From positions 310,001 to 374,000 of the forward strand of contig QPGO01000044.1 of the NCBI GenBank assembly GCA_008632985.1: a DNA stretch of 64,000 bases, in the 5' to 3' direction. This document shows positions 34,960 through 48,489 of this stretch, piece by piece. The translations under genes and the position numbers were made by a program. The notes under the pieces are model-generated. The model did not search any database, was not told the origin of the DNA, and saw nothing but the letters and a program-made list of their open reading frames with translations. Source of the DNA: Psammoneis japonica. Its lineage: Eukaryota. Within the stretch, counting starts at the first letter, position 1, and every line of letters starts with the position of its first letter.

Positions 34960-37900
34960 TCGGTGACACAGAACTCTTGTCCACTGGGTGGCTGCCAGAG
35001 AACTTCGCATTAGTGAGCATGGGCAGAAGCAAGCCACATGTCGAGTGTGGGATCAATTCTCTGAGCAAGTGGCAAAGGAGGAGTCAAAGGCTTTTCACTT
35101 TTTTCAGGGTGTCGGCCAGACCAGAGCTTTTCTTTTGTTGCTTTTTGGGGGAAAATGCAACACACTTGCTTGTGCAAACCATGACCTGTTGTCAAACTCA
35201 GTGAGAAAGACATCAGCCAAGTTGTTGAGCAGTGGGAACTTCTGGGCTGCCTGCAAAAACCAAATGTTGCAGCAGAGGGACAAGAGCTGGTGTGCGCTCA
35301 AGACCAATGCTTTGGCTCAAGGCAGAACCTTGACATGCTGGAGTTGGGCGCAGCTCAACAAAAACAGATGTGGCACAAAATTGTGCAGTTCCTGCAAAAC
35401 AAAAATTGCCTCAGAAGCATTTTTGCTGAGCAGCCAACGTGCAAGGAAAATTGCTCATTGCGCAGGATGACAAAAAAGTGCATTGTTTGGCTCTTTTGTT
35501 GCTGCAGAACATGGCTGAAAGGACTTTTGTCATGATGGCATCCATTGTTAGATTTACAATTCTGCCACAAAACTGCCCTTTCTGTTGGTTTGAATCGTGC
35601 AATTGTCAGCCAGGCCACACGTTTTAAAAAATGCGCTGCAAACATTGTCAGTGTGCAGTCAAGCAGAAATGAAAATTTTGAACAAAATCAAAATTGTGGA
35701 TGTTCACAATGTAAAGACAGCTTGCCACCAGGCGTGTCCAAGGCAGCACCCCATTTTGCACAAGAGTGACTGTGCAGGCTGCATTTGTCACAGGGCAGAT
35801 CCAACTCTGCGCAGCTGTTGAAAGATCTTGTTGACTGAGATGATGCCAAAAATTGGCCAACAAAGAACAGCCAATGACAGCACTGTTTTTGGACAGCAAG
35901 GCTGCACTCAAACATGAGAGCGTGCAAAGAGCCAGCTGGTGTGTCACTGGAGCTGCCACATTTTGACCCATCCAAGGTGCGCGTCAGTGCTGCATGGCAC
36001 AGATTTGCTTCAGGTCCTGTGCAGCTCAATTTCCACTGAAACAACATGGCAGAGCAGCCATTGCAGAAAATGTGTTGTCTTTTTGCATCTTTTCTGCCAT
36101 CTGCTGTTGGAAAAAAACCGATTTTGAAGGAGTTTGTTGCGCCAAATGCAAAATGGCCAGTGGTGGGAATCGAACCCTCGCGCATTGCCTGGAGCTGGAA
36201 CAGGCCCATTGCACCTTTTTTTGGGCTTTTCAATGTTGCTGCATGTCGTCAACTTGTGTGACTCATTTGAGCAAGAAGCTCGCAGCATGATGGCCAAGGC
36301 AACAGAAAATTTCAGCTGTCGCTCTCTTGCCAATGTTGTCAGTGCAACGCATCGTGTCGCACATCATGTCAAACAGCAGCTCAGCACAGCGAAGATGATT
36401 TTTCTCATTTTGCTCATGTGTGTTGTGACAACTGCTGTTTAATTTGTTGCTCTGATGCAGCTGATGAAAACAGTTTGTGTGAAGGCTTTTGAGTGTCAAA
36501 ATGTCCCAAAAACTCCCATGGCTGCTTTGACTCCCTTTTTGGAGCCCATGGTGCACACTTCAATGAGAAAAGAGAATGGCGGCAAGGAGCTGTGGATTTT
36601 GCATGCAACAGCACATTTCATTGGCCAAACACTGAATGATTTGAAAAGATTGATGATGGCGAGATCAAGCTGATGGCTGCTGCAGCACTGTTTTTAAAAT
36701 TGTGTCATGTGGGTGGCACTCAAACTCCAAACCCTTTTGGTGGAGACACTGCACATTTTCTTGTCTCTTGTTTGCAAATGACTGAGATGTTGCAATTGGA
36801 AAAAGCAGCGAAGTTGCCAGGAGCAATGTGTTGCACCCATCAACTGCAATCTCAAGTTGGCAATGAAAGCTTCTGGCAACACTCTTTTGGGCAACAAGCT
36901 GTCCAGAAATGTGGGCCACAGCATCATGGCCAAGGCAATGTAGAAAATCTCAGTCATTGCGTTGCATCTTGCGCAAGAGGCAGAGCATGAGTCTTGTGTC
37001 ATTGGCAGATCATGTTGTCAAAAAGCAGCACAGCACAAAGAAAATGAATGATTTTTCTCATTTTGCTCATGTGCACTGCAATGGCTCCAGTTGATGTTTT
37101 TGCTCCACCATGGCAAAGCCAGCAAATTGCTTGGTGAGGCATCACACACACATCCACAAGCTGGCCAGCAAATGATGGGTCCTCCTCTCAGGCAGCCTGT
37201 TGGGTGATGACAATCAAGAAACTCTTTGATCCTGGCCAGTTGGTGCTGGAGAGGCCTGACAGCATGCCATGGTGCCAAAGCCATTCTCCTGGCTCTGCTG
37301 GAGCAAAAGCCAAGGAACAAGCCTGTGGCGCAGATCAGCTTTGTGCTGCTGGACCAGAAGCAGGCATCAAGGGTGGTGTTCACACAATGAACATGCTGTG
37401 AAAGCAGCCCAAGCTCAAGAATGACTGCATTTTTCTGTTTGTTGACATCTTCAGCAGATTCAACAAGCTGATGAAGTGCTGATGTCACACAACATGAGAC
37501 ACACACTTGGTCATCTGGCACTGGTTCTGCTTTTTAAATTTTTGCAAGCACCAGGTGATTTTAATCATCTGGGCTTGCTTTGGCATGATTGCCTTCCCAT
37601 TTGGCAAGGAAGATGTTGCTCAAGGAGGTGATCCACTTGGTGTGGCAGTGCATGGACTGGGGCTTCTTCCAATGACCCAGCAAATGAGTGCTCAATTTCC
37701 TGAACCATTTGCACCCCTTGACACACCAATGACTCGGCTGCTGCTGAAGAAACCTTGGCATCCTCTGGCAATTTTTCTTCACACTTCAGACCATTGAACC
37801 CAAGCATGGTTGCTGCCCTGTTGGCAACTCTGGGAGCACTCTGGTTTGTCCCAGAGCACAGTCAGGATGATGCCAAGAACTGCTTCAGGGACCTGGGATT

Positions 37901-39490
37901 TGCTGTTGCTTCAGGCAGCCAATTCCTGGGAGGTTTCATTGGCAAGGAAGTGGTGTGCAGCCAGTGGACAACAGCAGAAAAATCCAAGGTGTGGACCTTT
38001 TTGGCAGTCAGCAGTCTTGCCACAATCATCATTCAATGTGCCATTGCCCATGGACTGCCTGTGCCAGTCTTCAGAAGACCCTCAACAGGAGCAGCAATGT
38101 GCGCCAAACACAGTTGAAGGCTGTGGTGAGTTGTTTGTGGAGGCAGCAGAAGATGCTGTCAAGCACCACCAATTTTTTTCTGGTGTTGACTGGCAAGACT
38201 CTGGTGGATGACAACCTGACATTGGCCTCATCAGCCCTCCTGGATGAAACTTGCTGGACTGCCCATTGGCACCACCAGATGCCCTCATGGGAAGATGGTG
38301 CTGGTCTGTCCCTCTGCAAATGCTGGGTCAAGTCAAAAGAGGAGGCAGATGCTGTGAGTTGAGATGGAGTGCCATCTTTGCTCGGGGGAAATTTTGTGCC
38401 CCATCTTTTCAGATTTGTGCCAGATGTCCCAGTGGGAGGATGGCGCTGGTCTGCTTCCTTCACAAGTGCTGGGTCAAGTCAAAAGAAACAAATGCTGGAG
38501 CCAAGATGGAGCATCAAAGTGCTGTGATTTTGGCTGCAACTGCCCCTCAGGAGGACAGCCAGAGCCCAGCTGCAAAATCAGACTTGGCACCAGATTCCTT
38601 TCAAATCATGTGCAAAGTTTGCAAATTACATGCAAAACTCAGCTCTGTGTTTGTGTGACTGCATTGACTGCACAAACCCCCTTTTCCTTCCATTCACAAA
38701 AAAAACCTGAGCGCAGGCTTCTGCAGCAAAATGCTCCAAATGCATCTGCTCGAGCTGGAGCATGCTTCAACTTTTTTGTCAGAGCCAATGATGGTCACCT
38801 CAAAGAGACAAAAGAATGAAAGACAGGAGCAACAGATTTTGTGTGCAACTGTGCATTCAGTCACAGCTAGAATGGCTGCTCTGGCAGTGCTCTGTCTTTT
38901 AAAATTTTGTTGCCCGTGTGGCACTCAAACTCCAAACCCTTTTGTGGAGTTGCTGCAAATTTTCTGGTCCCTTGTTGGCAAATGATCAAGTTGTTGCATT
39001 TGGAGAAAGTCACCAAGTTGCTGGGAGCAATGCATTGCACTTGTTGGCTGCAATCTCAAGCTTGGCAATGAAAACTTTCAGCTGGGTGCATTTGCTGTGC
39101 CACATGGGAAGTTCCAACACTGTCAGCGGCCACAAGACTGAAGCTGGCTTTGGGGGGTGTTGTGCAAGTTGTCATCTTAACATTGGTCAAACCACCTCCT
39201 TGTGAAGGTCACCAACCAGCTCTGATGGCTGGTGGCTAGATGTGCAGATCGAAAATGGACAAATGATGTGAAGTCACAGAGCCCATGGAATTTGATGGCT
39301 CTACGTTGGAGTGTTGTCTTGTTAGGCTGCTGTTGATGGTGGTGCATGTGCATCATTGCACCGCTCATTTGCATCTTCTGATTTTGGATCTGCCAATGAC
39401 AGTGGATGCATTGTGCAAATCTGTGCTGGAGGGGAGTGTTGTCATTGTAGCCCAATGCATGAAAACACAGTACAAGACAGACAAGGGTTT
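34960..39490. repeat. TpA/CpG-depleted degenerate repeat domain 5 with internal direct repeats
   Basis: TA/CG depletion. Repeats at 36285-36420 vs 36918-37075, 36673-36870 vs 38872-39075 and 38275-38345 vs 38420-38490. Confidence 0.7.
37150..38200 (+). mobile_element. Degenerate non-LTR retrotransposon reverse transcriptase (CRE-like)
   Basis: Fragments AKEQACGADQLCAAGPEAGIKGGVH, EDVAQGGDPLGVAVHGLGLLP and FRDLGF..GSQFLGGFIG resemble the CRE-clade motifs DQLCAG.EAG.EGA.H, QGDPL..YG..LLP and RYLGGFIG. Confidence 0.6.
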
Positions 39491-39543
39491 TTGACGACCT
39501 GTGTTCTATATTAGCAAAATGCCAAGCCGTTCTCGGTGTGCTT

Positions 39544-42500
39544 TCACATGTAGTTTATACCAGCATTCACATCATCAAAGGAGCGACCATCCGTTCGCCA
39601 TACCTGATAAAGTCTTCCTGGGTCTGTCTGAATTCCGAAAAACATGAATTTGTTATCGGGGCTAAATGCGATTCCTGACGTTTCACTTCGGCCTGACTTT
39701 CTTTGCAAGACAGTGAACCATCTTCCATCGATCGTACGAGCGTGAATGCCATTAAAGCTGGCTTCTTCAGTAAAATATAGAATTGGGTATATCGGATTCC
39801 CAAATGAATCGTATTGGAACCGAAGCTGATCTGGAGTTCCCTGGAAGTTTCCACGTTTTGTTGAAGTTGAAGTCCAGCGCTCTTGGTCAAGATCAAGAAT
39901 AAACAACTCCCATTGCTTCTTACTGACAAAATAGAGATTGCCGTTGTGATGCTCAATGCCTTCTGTAAAAGTATACCTGTTCCGCGCCGATGCTTCACCC
40001 TCAGATTTGTTGCTAGACCATCGGAATGTGCCGTCACTATTGAGTACAAGCCAGCGTCTCTCACCGTTTTGATCGTTGAGCATCTCCCACTGCTGGCTGG
40101 GATCAGTGGTTATTGTAGCTGAGGTTGGAACAAATCTTCCGAGCGGACCAGATTCTCGATCATTTGTGAAGAAAAACTTTGGATTTGTGGGATCTCTAAA
40201 GTCAGAACAAAGCTCTCGTACATATCAGGACCGTCACCAACATCCGTCAACTCCGGTGGCCGTATTTCCCACGGATCGACTTGCCATATTCCTCTGCCGC
40301 TTAATGATTCTTCCATACTCACAAACGATCCCCATGGAGTACCGGCAGCACCTGTTTCCAGTTTCGGGACAAGTCAAGGAAAGTGTGACCAAAGAAAGTG
40401 ACAAAGCTACAATATGAATAAAAGTCAAAAGCGGGGATTCCTTACCACAGTTCCTTCTTGTACCCGAAAGGAGCTGCTTGTGTCCAGTAATCTGTCCAGC
40501 AATATTGAAGTAAATGCCTTGAACACCCCCGTTTGTATCATCTTCAGAATTCATCAGATAGGCAAAGCCAGAGCTTGGTCTGTTTGGGTCAGAAAAGCAC
40601 TCGCCGCCATCAGGTATTAGATGGAAGTTCAATCCCGACAACGTGCCGTCTTCGAGTCGAACTTGGGTCCCACTGATTCCAATTTGTCTGATTGCTAATC
40701 CCCTGGAAAGTTTTAATCCTAGAGCTTCAATGGACAGGTCTCCTGGAAAGTATGTGACTGGAAGAGAGTTTGGAGGAGGCGTGGGACCTACAGTGGGCGG
40801 CAAAGTTGGCAGCCCCGGTGACGGTGGCGCAGTTGGTGGTAGTACCCGTACGATGGAAAAGCACTAAACGAATACCACCAAGACATAGCGAAGAGAAATG
40901 GGTGCAACAGATTGTTGCAAGTTTGGAGCCAGAATACAAAGTATTCAATATCTTTAGTGACAAAGGAGAGAGCAGACCATTTTTGTAAAATCCAAACAGT
41001 GAATACTTACAAAATCGTTATGCCGGTATTTTTCCGTCTCGCTACACCCAGGGATTTGGTTTGGTTTAGCCTCATCGCGCTGAAAACACACCAACGACCC
41101 TTGGCAATCTTCATCTGTGTCACAGTCTCCTTCGCATAGGCCTAGAGGGAACGCATATGGTGGCCTTCCATTGTTTCCCCTCTGGGTGAGGGGAGGCCCC
41201 GGTACCGTAGCACTTGGCTGTGGAGTTGGAATCGGAGACGGAGTTGGTGTTTGAGGTGGAGTGGGTTTTCTAGTTGGACTCAAAGTCGTTTTTCGTGTCG
41301 GACTTGTTGTAGGAATCACGGTAGGACTTTGTGGATTCTTGTTTTTGGTGGGGCTGCTAGTAGGATTTAGCGTCGGGTCCTGTGTGGGGCTTTCTTTAGG
41401 AACGTTTGTCGGCATTGGGGTAGGAGTAGCTTGCTGGGGTGTGATGTCGTAGCACTGCACCACATTTTGTGGGTGGAGTTCAAGCAAACAAGGGTTGAGA
41501 ATGTTGACTCTGGTTTGTTACATGTCGAGACATTGCAACATCATATAACAAAAAACAAAATCACGAAATTGCCATGCGAAACGAATATCACATATCCTCA
41601 TGCCGGGTGTGCCAAGTGCATCGCCACACAAAGAATACTTACAAAATCGTTATGACGATGGTTTTCCGTTTTACTGCACCCCGGGATTTGGTTTGCCTTA
41701 GCTTCATCACGCTGAAAGCACACCAACGACCCTTGGCAATCTTCGTCTCGGTCGCAGTCCCCCTCGCATAGGCCTAGAGGGAATGCATATGATGGCCTTC
41801 CGTTGTTTCCCCTTTGAATAAGGGGTGGCCCAGGTACCGCAGGATTTGGCAGTGAAGGTGATGGGTTAGGTGTCGGCGGTGAAGTGAAAGATGTTGGATT
41901 CGGTGTCGGATTTGGCGGTGATGGTGTTGGGCTAGGTGTCGGCGGTGAAATGAAAGCTGTTGGACTCGGTGTCGGATTTGGGGTTGCGCTGGGATTTGGA
42001 TTAGAAGTGGGGCGTATAGTAGGATATTGTGTAGGCTGTGTTGTTGGCACAGGAGTTGGAGAAGATTGGAACGTCTGATCATAACACTGTTCGGTCGTAC
42101 ATTTTGGAGCATATCACCAAGAAACACATGAAAATATTGTGAAGACCGATTTAGTCAGGTGCAAACTGCAAAGCATTCAATGTTCAATGGGTTCCCAAGT
42201 GGAATGATGACACAAATCCAAGCACAAACGGATACTTACAAAATCGTTATGACGGTGTTTTTCCGTCTCGCTACACCCAGGGATTTGGTTTGCCTTAGCC
42301 TCATCGCGCTGAAAACACACCAACGACCCTTGGCAATCTTCGTCTCGGTCGCAGTCCCCTTCGCATAGACCCAGAGGGAACGCATATGATGGTCTTCCAT
42401 TGTTTCCCCTCTGATTAAGGGGTGGCGCGAGGTCTCTTTGCGCCGTCATTTTCGCATTTGTGCGTTCACGATGATAGTTTCGTCGGAACTGACTGCTTAT

Positions 42501-42563
42501 TTCCATCAAAATAATGGACATGACGAGACTTCCAATGGCATAATATAGCATTAGAGCCGACAT
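39544..42563 (-). CDS. Paralogue: TM + 3 frustulin ACR repeats + Pro/Thr linkers + PhoX/DUF839-like domain; 5 exons, one frameshift
   Basis: Exons 42563-42240, 42086-41643, 41454-41011, 40863-40446 and 40351-39544. Intron positions match 2663-6064 (NDF|C and NCG|). One base is missing near 40205. Confidence 0.8.
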
Positions 42564-43030
42564 TTTGTCGTCGGACGTGGCGGCTTTATGCGCACGATGC
42601 GATTTGGCTCCTTTTTGTGTCAGTTTGTGCGCAATTTTTTGAAGTTGACCGCACGACTCGACCTCAAGTAGTCCATAATTAATTGCGTTCTTCACGACTG
42701 CATTTCAATGGAGTAGACGCGACCATGGCCGTTGGAAGCTATTTTTTTTAAAACTGTTCGTCTGGCCGTCTCTTTTCAACAAGAGCCCAGAAGGGAGATA
42801 CCGGTAGGAGATAGATCTACTAGCTCTAGAGTAGATGCGGTCACCGGTTATCGTCTTCAGAGCATAGCCTCTAGCTAGCTAGAGTTGACGCAAAAAATTA
42901 TTTGCTTCATGCTAAATGGCATGTTCTTTGATTTTTTTTGTGAAACGTCTTTAACTTAACATATATTATAGACTACTACGTTGAACAAACAGCGAAATCA
43001 CCCTCGCATCCCCATTTCAGTATCGCGAAA

Positions 43031-44948
43031 TTAGACTTTCCCTGCTTTGCTCTTTCCTGGGCTCTTGTTCCTTCCAAATCGAAGCGGTGATGCCAAACCT
43101 CGCTTGGGTGTTTTAGGCCTACTTGACGATGAACACATGGCCATTGCAGTCGAATCGATACCCACGTCAATGTTGGCGAGTCGGTCTGCAAACTTTGTCA
43201 ATAACAACTTGCATGTCCTTTTCTTGCTTGAGGTTGGACTGCAAGTCCTTTCCTAGCGTGGATACACTACTCAAGGCCTGTTCCAAGGCGGCAATCCGGT
43301 ATTGCAGCACGGCAACCTTGGCGTCTGCTGCCACACCATCACTGGACTGAGCCTTGATTTTGTCTTGCTCCATTTTGAATTTTTCGAGAATTTCAATGAC
43401 GGGTCCCATTTTGGCATTGTTCTCCATGGCACGCGCTTCTGCCAATGGGGTGTATCCAAAGCCGTTCTTGACCGTGATGGATTCGGGAAAGGTCGTCAAG
43501 AGGACAGTGACAACGCCGGTGCTTGCCGCATGCTGGCATGCGTAATGAAGGGGAAGCTTGTCTTGGTCGTCCTTGACTTGTGCGGCTCGGGGATAGACTC
43601 GAAGAGCGTACGAACGACACGCTCGGAAGCATTCTTTCGACAGGCATGGTGGAGGGGAGACGACCTTGATCGTCTTTGGACTGGGCACCCTTGGGTGTAG
43701 CCTTGAGTAGAGAGTCGATAACGCCTTCTGGTGCACCCTTACTGCATGCGTGGTGAATGGGAAGACGGCCTTCGTCATCTTTGCTCATGGCTCCCTTGGG
43801 AAACTCTCGAGAAGAATATCAACAATCTCCTGCGATGCGCCCTTGAGACAAGCGTAGTGAAGAGGGAGTCGTCCCTCGTCATCCTTGGCTTGGGCTCCCT
43901 TGGGATTGCCCTCGAGGAGAATCTTGATGACTTCCTTCGAGGCACCGTAAAAACAGGCGCAATGAAGTGGAAGCCACCCATCCTGGTCTTTGGATTTGGT
44001 GCCTTCAAGGTATGAGTTCACGAGGCTTTCCACAACCTCTTCCGAGGGTTGCAGCACACAAGCCTTGTGGAGTGGCAAGAAACGAAGATTGCCATTGAAC
44101 CCTTTTGTCACGATAAAGGTGGCAGCTTCTTCTGGGTGAAGAGTACAACGATTGGAGGCCGCTTCCCAGTCCTTCTTTACCACGAGACGGAACAGAATGG
44201 TGCGGTGCTCATAGTCCACTTCGTTGGCTTCCGGAACAAACGACCGCGACGATACCACAGTGGCGTCCATCTTTCGCACCGTGGACGCCTCTTCCACTTC
44301 GAATCGGCGCATGGCCGTAATGACTGACTCCTTGTTTTGAGAAGATGAAGCTTCCACCAAGGCGATTGGAATACGCCCCTTACGATCACGAACACGAATA
44401 GACTCGGGGTACGCGTCCAACAGAGTTAGTACCACACCCTTGCTCGCTCCGTTACGACACGCCAAGTGAATGGGAAGCATACCCTGATCATCCTTCATTC
44501 TAGGTCCCTCCGGAAAGGCTTTAATAAGAGCCTCAATCAGAGCGAGAGGAGAACGAAAGATACACGTGGCATGAAGAGGTAGCAGACGCCATCGGACCTT
44601 GTTGGTTGACTGCTCCTTTCGGCTGACCCACGTTCTTGCATCTCTGGGATTCGATTCAGCTCGTGCAATGGCACCATCCCAATCCTTTCCTTCAATCTTC
44701 TTGTAGAGATCAGTAGCACCCGCATCATAATCCGCCTCGAGATCATTATCATTGCCACGATTTGGTGGTTCAGTCGGTGTTGTATAAGCCGACTGTCCTA
44801 CGGAATAATTGTCTCCAAAGGCCGAGTGAGTCACGGGGATTTCATACGACGGTGGCACATCTTTTGGAGTGTTGTTGTTGGAGGGCATGGTCGGTGGTCG
44901 ACTTGAACCACCAAGGGTGTTGCCCGTTGCACACAACAAACTCGACAT
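43031..44948 (-). CDS. Ankyrin-repeat-like protein (LPLHxAC repeats), split by frameshifts
   Basis: Repeated KDxxGxLPLHxAC motifs. Frame changes near 43795, 43645, 43600 and probably 43193. ATG 44948; probable stop 43031. Confidence 0.8.
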
Positions 44949-45386
44949 GACTGTCACGCACAGCTAGCTCTCTTTCTTGTTAATTGCGGTCTTGTCAACA
45001 AACAGCAATGTTTTTGTTGCGGCGGTGCTTGTCGTCGCTCGTTTTCGCCAAACTTGTGAGGTACGGTACGTTGTCCGTTACATGTGTTTCTGGCGGGAAA
45101 TGAAAGTCACGCAAATGAACGGACATTTCCAGAAACAAGAAACCTCTTCGTACGAATCAGTACATTCCTACACGCCAGGTTGGCGAACGTCGAATATTAT
45201 TTTGGCGACCATAAGTAATTTTTGATCATTATTTAGAATATCAAAAGTTATATTTCTCTAATAGATATAGATAGGAATTCAATAACAGAAATTTATATTA
45301 TATTAAAGTCTTAATAAATTCGAATCATTAATATTAAAATTTGTATTCAAATCTCTCTATGACAGTATGCAAGGCTGATTATTGGC

Positions 45387-46625
45387 ATGATTCCTGTCAC
45401 AACATCGCCGATTCCATTCCCGCAAAAAGTTCCCAGCCAGTCGAGTCATAAGTCCAGATTCCACAAGAAGCATACCTACCGGTACCTCGATGATGATGCA
45501 GCAACGATGTCGGCAAAACGAAGCGGCTTTGTGGCCGCAGTATTAGCATTCATAACTGCTGTGATCTCATTGCTAATAATTTTGTCTTCGTCTTCTTTGG
45601 AAAATTCAGTCAATGGTCAAAATGGCCTGTCTACAAAACTGCAAGAAACGTTAACCACCACACAGCATGACCCGTGCTCACTGGCACTGTCGCATGCCTC
45701 CGCAAACCAGCCTGACGAGATTGAACGAATAATTCTTTCAAAGAATTTATTCACACTTTTACATATTGGAAAGGCCGGTGGTGGAGCCTTCAAGGGACGA
45801 GTGGAGAGTCAGTGGAAAATAAAGTACAAACAATGTCATCCCGATCCGTGCTTGCAACGTTTGACGACGTCCGATAATGAAAAGACCGTGTTTGTCCTTA
45901 CCCTTCGAGATCCCATTGACCGTTTTGAATCCGCCTTTTATTGGCAAGCCATTCTCCTGTGCAATCCGGACGGTGACAAACGCAAGATTGGGGCACCAGC
46001 ACTTTTTCCAAGACGGTTTTGTCGTAGACCACGGAATCAACAGCAGCGGATTGCCCAGGAAATTGTCTATCACAAGTACAAACATAATGTCAATCATTTA
46101 GCAGAGTCTCTGTGCAACAATGACTCGTCACAATCAAGACAAAGCGCTGTCGCGGATATTAAGGAAATTGTGCATGCCAGGAATTCAATTGGTGATTGGT
46201 TGGGAGACGAGTGGAAACGAATGGCTCCGTCAGTCATGCCGATTGTTCTCGAGGAGTCGTTTGACATTTATTCACAAGTTGACCGCGCCATTCACTGGAT
46301 AAACAATCATACAAACTTTTTGAGTTCTACCGACTTGGCTCTACGACAAAATCACGTGTATCGACTCGATTGTGACCTACGACAACAACAACAAGATAAT
46401 ACAGCCAATACACGAGTGTCTCAAAAGATTACAAATCTCAAACATTCCTCCGTCACGAGCAATACTGTTCCTTTATCGTCCTTGGGCAAAAAGTGCCTTG
46501 CTCAATACTATCGTCGAGACTATGAACTGTTAAAAGAGTTAAAGGAGCTGGCGTGCAAGTCCAAGGACTGCCGAGATGCCATCCAATCCATCTTGGACCG
46601 TCGTGCGCCCTTGTTGGGCGGATGA
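45387..46625 (+). CDS. Golgi-type sulfotransferase-like protein
   Basis: TM anchor, 5'-PSB-like LLHIGKAGGGAF, 3'-PB-like LRDPIDRFESAFYW and C-terminal YYRRDYEL. Likely start 45507. Confidence 0.7.
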   Translation: MIPVTTSPIPFPQKVPSQSSHKSRFHKKHTYRYLDDDAATMSAKRSGFVAAVLAFITAVISLLIILSSSSLENSVNGQNGLSTKLQETLTTTQHDPCSLALSHASANQPDEIERIILSKNLFTLLHIGKAGGGAFKGRVESQWKIKYKQCHPDPCLQRLTTSDNEKTVFVLTLRDPIDRFESAFYWQAILLCNPDGDKRKIGAPALFPRRFCRRPRNQQQRIAQEIVYHKYKHNVNHLAESLCNNDSSQSRQSAVADIKEIVHARNSIGDWLGDEWKRMAPSVMPIVLEESFDIYSQVDRAIHWINNHTNFLSSTDLALRQNHVYRLDCDLRQQQQDNTANTRVSQKITNLKHSSVTSNTVPLSSLGKKCLAQYYRRDYELLKELKELACKSKDCRDAIQSILDRRAPLLGG

Positions 46626-47609
46626 TGATGATGAGAGAGAGCTCGAGTAACAGCTGCGCCAGTAATGAGCGCCCTTCACCTCTTGACGTTGATAAGAGAA
46701 GGGGACAGAGAAAGATTGTTTTTTTAGAAATCTCTTGCTCGTCAGGAAGTCCCGTGCCCATGATTCATTCCCGGGTGCATCACTGAAGAGTTTATGTCAT
46801 AGGAGTACTATCGTAAGCAAATTGTTCTGCCGTATGGTAGTCCTGGACGAGCGCTTCTCGTCTTTACAGTACTCAACAGTGAAAAAGATACAAACGTTAG
46901 AGACTGTAAGATTATTGGCGTCGACAATCCTTTCTACTGGAGCGGCAAACTTCAACTTATTTACCATACTAGCCAGAGTCATCTATGCCTGTGTGCTTCA
47001 AATGAGCACCTTCATACCACCAGTGAGACAAGATGGTCAAGACGTTACGACGAAAAGATTTGCCACCTTCTGCACTAGAGTGGGTGCTCGCTCGCTAAAG
47101 TGATGCCGTACTGTACAGTGCAACCATTTTCACATCCCGCTTGAGTTCGAATGCCTCTCCATGGGCTCGTAATTGATACTCGGAGATGCCCCCAAAGCGC
47201 ACACTTTTAGAGATTGACTTGCTCGTGGATGTCTTAAGCTAGACTCTTTTTTTCGACTTATTCTAGTGTACTACCGTACTAGTCGTGGTTCATCCGCCTG
47301 CAGGTGTTCCTACACATAAATATTCTTAGAGAACGCACCAGGAACCTTGTCGATTGCGATGGCATGACGGTGTCGTTTGGATCGAGCAGTCGGTCACGAC
47401 ACGAAGCCTTGCAAGAAGTGGCAAAGAAGCCCAACAACTTGTCCAAACCGAGCAATTTGGGTGGATGGGACTAGAGAGTAGTAGTACCGTGTTCTTTCAA
47501 GAATCTGTGCTCCACATATAGGATGCTGAAAGAATGCATGGCATGGTCCATCTATCCATTCCTCCAGCAGCAATCCACAAAACAGGAGTACTGACCTCAC
47601 TTGAGTCGA

Positions 47610-48059
47610 TCAGATTTGATAGTCGAGTCCACCATTGGAAGCTTCCTGATTCTTCATCGCCAAGCAAGAAAGCTCTCCCTCGGCCACCAACATTTCAATG
47701 GCATTTGCCAACAGTGCCTGATCTTGCTCACTCACTACTCCTAGGAGGCTCAATTGCCACTCGATGTGATCGAGCTGATCCGGTGTACCGAGGTAGATGA
47801 GGCGATCTCCATCGACTCCAATGCCCCCAGCATCGGACGCAAAACCATCCACGTAACGCTGAAATCCTAGCTGTACCAGCCAAGCCTCCACGTGATGGGA
47901 CGACCAGTCTTCGAGTTTGTCGGGAAACAATATTTGACGAAGAGTCCATTGCTGTTGCCTTGACAATGGATATTTCTTCAACATGAATGCCCATGTTGGA
48001 CCATAGCATGCCAACACGAACAGCCAAACACTGAGGTGGCGTAACAGTGCACTCGACAT
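47610..48059 (-). CDS. SAM-domain protein with signal peptide (possible plastid bipartite presequence)
   Basis: MSSALL..LFVLACYGPTWA-F, followed by LEDWSSHHVEAWLVQLGFQRYVDGF..VDGDRLIYL (SAM consensus). May continue past 47610. Confidence 0.55.
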   Translation of the reverse strand: MSSALLRHLSVWLFVLACYGPTWAFMLKKYPLSRQQQWTLRQILFPDKLEDWSSHHVEAWLVQLGFQRYVDGFASDAGGIGVDGDRLIYLGTPDQLDHIEWQLSLLGVVSEQDQALLANAIEMLVAEGELSCLAMKNQEASNGGLDYQI

Positions 48060-48489
48060 TTCCCTTTTTGCAAACCTCAGATCCTTTCTACTTCTTCTAT
48101 CCACACAGAAAAGAGGGACTGATCATTCAGGCCTCGATGACAGTTGTCAACTCTTTTCTTTTCCGAAATGCGCGCTTCTGTAGTGGACTGTTGTTATTGG
48201 GTCTCACGTTTCAACTTCGAGAAACAAGCGCCTTTCATCGAGGGGGGTAGTCCTCTTAGCACATGCAGTCAATCTTCCTTGTATCGAATGGTTTAGGCAA
48301 ATAAGTTGGTGGCTGTAATAACACATTCACTGCTTCGCACTTTCAGCACTTACTAGCTAGCTAGAGACCCTATCCAAGCACTCACGCTATCATTTACATC
48401 GATCGCTCATCGTTCATCGCCATCGCTCATCACACTGGCACACATAACTCGCACGTACTTACAAACCAACAAGCTAAAAAATTCGCACC

